From Candidatus Scalinduaceae bacterium (GTDB lineage: Bacteria; Planctomycetota; Brocadiia; Brocadiales; Scalinduaceae), in contig JBHICG010000017.1 of the NCBI GenBank assembly GCA_046759445.1, positions 1 to 52,321 on the forward strand: DNA of 52,321 nucleotides, given 5' to 3'. Positions 48,237-52,321 of the stretch are shown in pieces (position 1 is the first letter of the stretch; every line of letters starts with the position of its first letter). The position numbers were made by a program, and so were the translations under genes. The notes beneath the pieces were generated by a model. It was not told the origin of the DNA, ran no database searches, and saw only the letters and a program-made list of their open reading frames with translations.

Positions 48237-49628
48237 ATGTTAAATTTTAATAAAAAAACGAACACTCTGGAACAACTTCATTATACTTACGATCTTCATG
48301 ACGTTGAAGAACCCCAACTTTATAGGGAAATTTATGACTATGATAAAATACCAAAGATACCTTTCAACCATAGAAGGGTTCCTATGCAACCACCTGATGA
48401 AATCTGGATTACGGATACCACATTTCGTGATGGTCAGCAATCAATGCCCCCCTATACCGTAAAACAAATAGTGGATATTTATGACATGTTACATAAGCTT
48501 GGAGGGCCAAAAGGCGTAATAAGACAGTGCGAGTTCTTCCTCTATAGTGATAAGGACAAAGAGGCAGTCAGAGAATGCCTGTCAAGAGGCTATAAATATC
48601 CGGAAGTCACAGGCTGGATAAGGGCTGTGAAGGAAGATTTTAAACTCGTAAAGGATATGGGATTAAAGGAGACGGGAATCTTAACTTCATCATCCGATTA
48701 TCACATCTTTAATAAGCTTAAGAAAACTAGACGGCAGGCAATGGATGGCTACCTTGCTGTAGTAAAGTCCGCTCTGGAAATCGGAGTCATTCCCAGATGC
48801 CACTTTGAGGATATAACAAGGGCTGATTTTTACGGTTTTATCATACCGTTTTCCGTTGAGCTTATGAAACTCAGTGAGGAAAGTGGGATACCCATAAAAA
48901 TCAGGGCATGTGATACCATGGGTTACGGTGTTCCTATTCCGGGCGCCTCTCTCCCTAGAAGTGTCCCGGGGATTATTTATGGACTCAATCATTATGCCAA
49001 GGTACCTTCAGAACAATTAGAATGGCATGGTCATAATGATTTCCATAAAGTACTCATTAACTCAACCTTTGCCTGGTTATACGGTTGCTGTGCCGCAAAC
49101 GGAACGCTTTTCGGTTTTGGAGAGAGAACGGGTAATCCACCTCTGGAGGCCCTTATAATTGATTATATCAGTTTAACTGGCAATGATGACTATGTAGATA
49201 CAACCGTAATTACAGAAATCGCAAGATACTTCGAGAAAGAGATAGGAATAAAGATCCCGCCAAATTATCCGTTTGTAGGTTCTGACTTTAACGTAACCCG
49301 TGCAGGCATCCATGCAGATGGTGTTATGAAGGATGAAGAAATTTATAACATCTTCAATACCGAAAAGCTGTTAAATAGACCTATCAAAATTGGTATTACT
49401 GACAAATCCGGACGCGCGGGTATAGTATATTGGGCAAATTCCTACTTTGGGTTGGATGGTAATAAAAAGATTCACAAAAACCATACGGGAGTTAATAAAA
49501 TTGCAGAATGGATTGAATCAGAATTTGCAAATGGACGTATTACGAGCATTTCTGATGATGAGATGCTTAATCAAATTAAAAAACAAATGCCAGAGCTTTT
49601 AAAGCTTACAGAAACATGTGAACGTTAA
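48237..49628 (+). CDS. DRE-TIM acyltransferase, Re-citrate synthase-like (LeuA family)
   Basis: ITDTTFRDGQQ, CDTMG, EWHGHND, GERTGN, TRAGIHADG; lacks the LeuA regulatory domain. Confidence 0.8.
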   Translation: MLNFNKKTNTLEQLHYTYDLHDVEEPQLYREIYDYDKIPKIPFNHRRVPMQPPDEIWITDTTFRDGQQSMPPYTVKQIVDIYDMLHKLGGPKGVIRQCEFFLYSDKDKEAVRECLSRGYKYPEVTGWIRAVKEDFKLVKDMGLKETGILTSSSDYHIFNKLKKTRRQAMDGYLAVVKSALEIGVIPRCHFEDITRADFYGFIIPFSVELMKLSEESGIPIKIRACDTMGYGVPIPGASLPRSVPGIIYGLNHYAKVPSEQLEWHGHNDFHKVLINSTFAWLYGCCAANGTLFGFGERTGNPPLEALIIDYISLTGNDDYVDTTVITEIARYFEKEIGIKIPPNYPFVGSDFNVTRAGIHADGVMKDEEIYNIFNTEKLLNRPIKIGITDKSGRAGIVYWANSYFGLDGNKKIHKNHTGVNKIAEWIESEFANGRITSISDDEMLNQIKKQMPELLKLTETCER

Positions 49629-49980
49629 GTCTTCTTTATTATTGTCGATTGTTTTGTTATTTTTCAGTATATGCACATAAATGAAATGTCAATAGATTTA
49701 GATACAAATATTCACAGAATAGATCAGGTACCGATACGTGGAGAATATTTCGGTATGCATGATTGTTGTACAACATTCGAAGTTTAACAATTGCGCGATA
49801 ATTTGTGTCCATCACTTTTACATCTTTATTTCTTTTGTACCATAGTGTGTGCTTTACTATGTTGTCGTTTTTATAAAGTGTATGACGTTAGATTTAGGAC
49901 TTCCTTACTCTCCTTTATGACAAGATCAGTTAGTTAAATCTTCTATTTGTTTTTTGGGTACAGGAAATATAACTACATTT

Positions 49981-50115
49981 TCATAATCATTCCAACCCTA
50001 GCGCCATATTATTGTCACTGCGAATCTTAAATATATTAGCTTCATAAAAATTAGAATTAGAATTATTTTAGTACTCACTATTAATTTTAATATTGACATT
50101 CTGTAATCATTACTG
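49981..50115. promoter_or_regulatory. Candidate Per/Fur boxes upstream of the perR-like gene
   Basis: tcataatcattccaa (49981), ttagaattattttag (50057) and ctgtaatcattactg (50101) resemble TTATAATNATTATAA; the AT-rich background lowers specificity. Confidence 0.45.
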
Positions 50116-50159
50116 TTTAATAATGCTTGTAGAATAATAGTTGAAATGTAGGCTGGATT

Positions 50160-50579
50160 ATGAAAACAATAGACAAAGTAGTGCATAAATTTAAAAGCAA
50201 AAAACTAAAGATTACTCCACAACGTTTAGGAATATTTAAGATTCTTGAAGGAAATTCTTTACATCCTTCTGCAGAGGATATTTTCAAAGAAATTAGAAAG
50301 GAATATCCAACCATATCTTTTACAACTGTTTACAAGACACTAGAAATGTTGGAGGCATTAGGTGAAATTTTAAAGATAACTATTGATAATGAAAGGAAAC
50401 ATTATGATCCAAATACAAATGCCCACCATCACATTATATGTTTAAAGTGCAGTAAAATATCTGATATTGAGGAATGCAACCTAAAACCAGAACTTCCAAA
50501 GGAAATACTTGATGAATTTACACCTTCTAGTTATCACATTTCTTTTTATGGAACTTGCGAAAATTGTCAACGAAAGTGA
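50160..50579 (+). CDS. perR: Fur family regulator, PerR-like
   Basis: KITPQR, HPSAEDI, TVYKTL, HHHIICLKC, CENC. Confidence 0.85.
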   Translation: MKTIDKVVHKFKSKKLKITPQRLGIFKILEGNSLHPSAEDIFKEIRKEYPTISFTTVYKTLEMLEALGEILKITIDNERKHYDPNTNAHHHIICLKCSKISDIEECNLKPELPKEILDEFTPSSYHISFYGTCENCQRK

Positions 50580-50700
50580 AAAACCATTCTGAAGACTTAG
50601 ATATAAGTAAAATAGTAATTCCCATAGTTAATAGCTTTTATAGATTGAATATTTAAATAAAGGAACTAGTAAAACTCTACTATCATTAGGAGGATAAAAG

Positions 50701-52321
50701 ATGACAAAAAAATATGAAGGAGCCGACCATGAATCTCTGGATTTACTTAAAAAAATGAAGGATAGAGGAATTGAGAGTTCGTATGACAGGTACGATGCCC
50801 AGCAGCCGCAATGTGGTTACGGTAAGCTTGGGCTATGCTGTAGACACTGCCAGATGGGGCCATGTAATGTTGATCCGTTTGGCAGAGGGCCTCAGAGAGG
50901 TGTATGTGGGGCTGATGCAAACACGATTGCGGCAAGGCATTTTGTGCGTTATTGTGCTGCCGGTACTGCTGCACATTCTGATCATGGCAGGTCAGTTGCC
51001 GAGCTTCTTATCGCAACGGCAAGGGGCGAGGCCAACGGCTATAAGATAACAGACACAAAGAAGCTGTTTGAGGTTGCAAAGGTATTTGATGTATCTACTA
51101 AGGACCGTAAGATTGAGGAGATAGCTGAGGAAGTCGGAGAGATGGCGCTTGCAGAGTTTGGCAAGGCTTATGGTACCCAGAAATTTACTACCCGTGCACC
51201 GATTAACAGACAGAAGGTATGGGAAAAACAGAATATTACGCCCAGGGCTATTGACAGAGAGGTTACAGAATCCATGCATCGTACCGGTATGGGTACTGAT
51301 CAGGACTATAAAAATCTCATAATGCATGCGTGCAGGACATCGTTGTCAGATGGCTGGGGTGGAGCGATGATAGCCACAGAGCTGCAGGACATACTCTTTG
51401 GGACTCCGAAGCCTACGCGTGGAACTGCAAATCTCGGAGTAATAAAGGAAGATGAGATAAACATACTCGTACACGGTCATGAGCCCCAGATGTCTGAGAT
51501 GGTTGCAGTGGCGTCTTCGGACCCAAAGATAGTAGAAGAAGCCAAGGCGGCAGGTGCAAAAGGGATCAGTATTGCGGGTGTCTGCTGTACGGCGGCGGAG
51601 ATGTTGATGAGGCATGGTATACCGCTTGCCGGTCATATGAAGTTACAGGAGATGGCGATTGCTACAGGCGCTGTAGAGGTTATGGTAGTGGACATACAGT
51701 GTGTTATGCAGGGGAATGTAGAGTTGGCCCGTAATTATCACACAAAGCTTATTACGACTTCTTCCAAGGCAAAGATAGATGGGGCGGAGCATATAGAGAT
51801 AAATGACGAAAATGCCTATGAGAAGGGGAGGGAAGTAGTAAGGTTGGCGATAAAGAACTATGCTAACCGTGACAAGACAAAGGTATATATCCCGAAGGGC
51901 AAGAAGTCTGCTGCAGTGATCGGTTTTACCCATGAAACCATAAAATATATGCTTGGAGGCAAATTCAGGGCATCATACAGGCCGCTTAATGACAACATCA
52001 TGAATGGCAGGATAAGAGGAGTAGTGGGTGTGGTAGGCTGCACCAGTTCAATATCATGGCCTGATCAACTGCCGTATATGGACTTGGTAAGTGCGTTGAT
52101 ATCTAATAATCTTCTGGTAGTACAGACAGGTTGTGCAGCGGCTGAGTGTGCCAGAGAGGGTATGATGGTGCCTGAGTTTATGGAAAAAGCCGGAGATGGG
52201 TTGAGAGAGGTATGTGAGGCGGTTGGAATGCCGCCTGTGCTTCATGCGGGTTCATGCGTGGACAATAGCAGGATACTCATATCGTGTTCGGAGATGGTAA
52301 ATGAAGGCGGGCTTGGTAATG
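50701..52321 (+). CDS. cooS: Anaerobic Ni-Fe carbon monoxide dehydrogenase catalytic subunit (3' end outside the window)
   Basis: Not in the ORF track; aggagg RBS and ATG at 50701; QCGYG..GLCCRHCQMGPC, GVCGA, AAHSDH, HGHEP, GVCCT, VDIQC, QTGC, GSCVDNSR. Confidence 0.95.
   Translation, partial: MTKKYEGADHESLDLLKKMKDRGIESSYDRYDAQQPQCGYGKLGLCCRHCQMGPCNVDPFGRGPQRGVCGADANTIAARHFVRYCAAGTAAHSDHGRSVAELLIATARGEANGYKITDTKKLFEVAKVFDVSTKDRKIEEIAEEVGEMALAEFGKAYGTQKFTTRAPINRQKVWEKQNITPRAIDREVTESMHRTGMGTDQDYKNLIMHACRTSLSDGWGGAMIATELQDILFGTPKPTRGTANLGVIKEDEINILVHGHEPQMSEMVAVASSDPKIVEEAKAAGAKGISIAGVCCTAAEMLMRHGIPLAGHMKLQEMAIATGAVEVMVVDIQCVMQGNVELARNYHTKLITTSSKAKIDGAEHIEINDENAYEKGREVVRLAIKNYANRDKTKVYIPKGKKSAAVIGFTHETIKYMLGGKFRASYRPLNDNIMNGRIRGVVGVVGCTSSISWPDQLPYMDLVSALISNNLLVVQTGCAAAECAREGMMVPEFMEKAGDGLREVCEAVGMPPVLHAGSCVDNSRILISCSEMVNEGGLGN

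Noticed and set aside
50747..52245. Several short ORFs in the track
   Set aside because: Shadow frames of cooS, which is missing from the track because it has no stop codon in the window

Overview
AT-rich bacterial chromosomal DNA. The gene content (four Amt ammonium transporters, several P-II proteins, CooS, a Re-citrate-synthase-like enzyme, the MEP operon) suggests an anaerobic ammonium-dependent autotroph, possibly an anammox bacterium of the Ca. Scalindua/Brocadiae type; this is inference, not a database result. The main feature is a ~20 kb nitrogen island (5.7-25.3 kb). It holds a 1110-aa fusion of a degenerate phosphoglycerate kinase, a ComEA-type HhH domain and an intact glutamate dehydrogenase; a 720-aa fusion of a catalytically dead paralogous GDH domain with a glutamate racemase; a metallophosphoesterase; two atypical Ser/Thr-type kinases; four Amt genes (two with altered gate residues); three intact P-II genes (one divergent) and two P-II relics; and three sigma54-type promoters. 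The rest is mostly housekeeping: PolB, mazG, exbBD/tonB-like, hflKC, bshB1-like, ispG-dxr-rseP, a B12 radical SAM enzyme, DUF2851, glcF-like, perR-like and a cooS cut by the window edge (absent from the ORF track). Many small palindromic/REP-like elements are scattered through it, including one inserted in frame in the GDH fusion and a repeat that truncates a DNA methyltransferase. No tRNA, rRNA or CRISPR array was seen.
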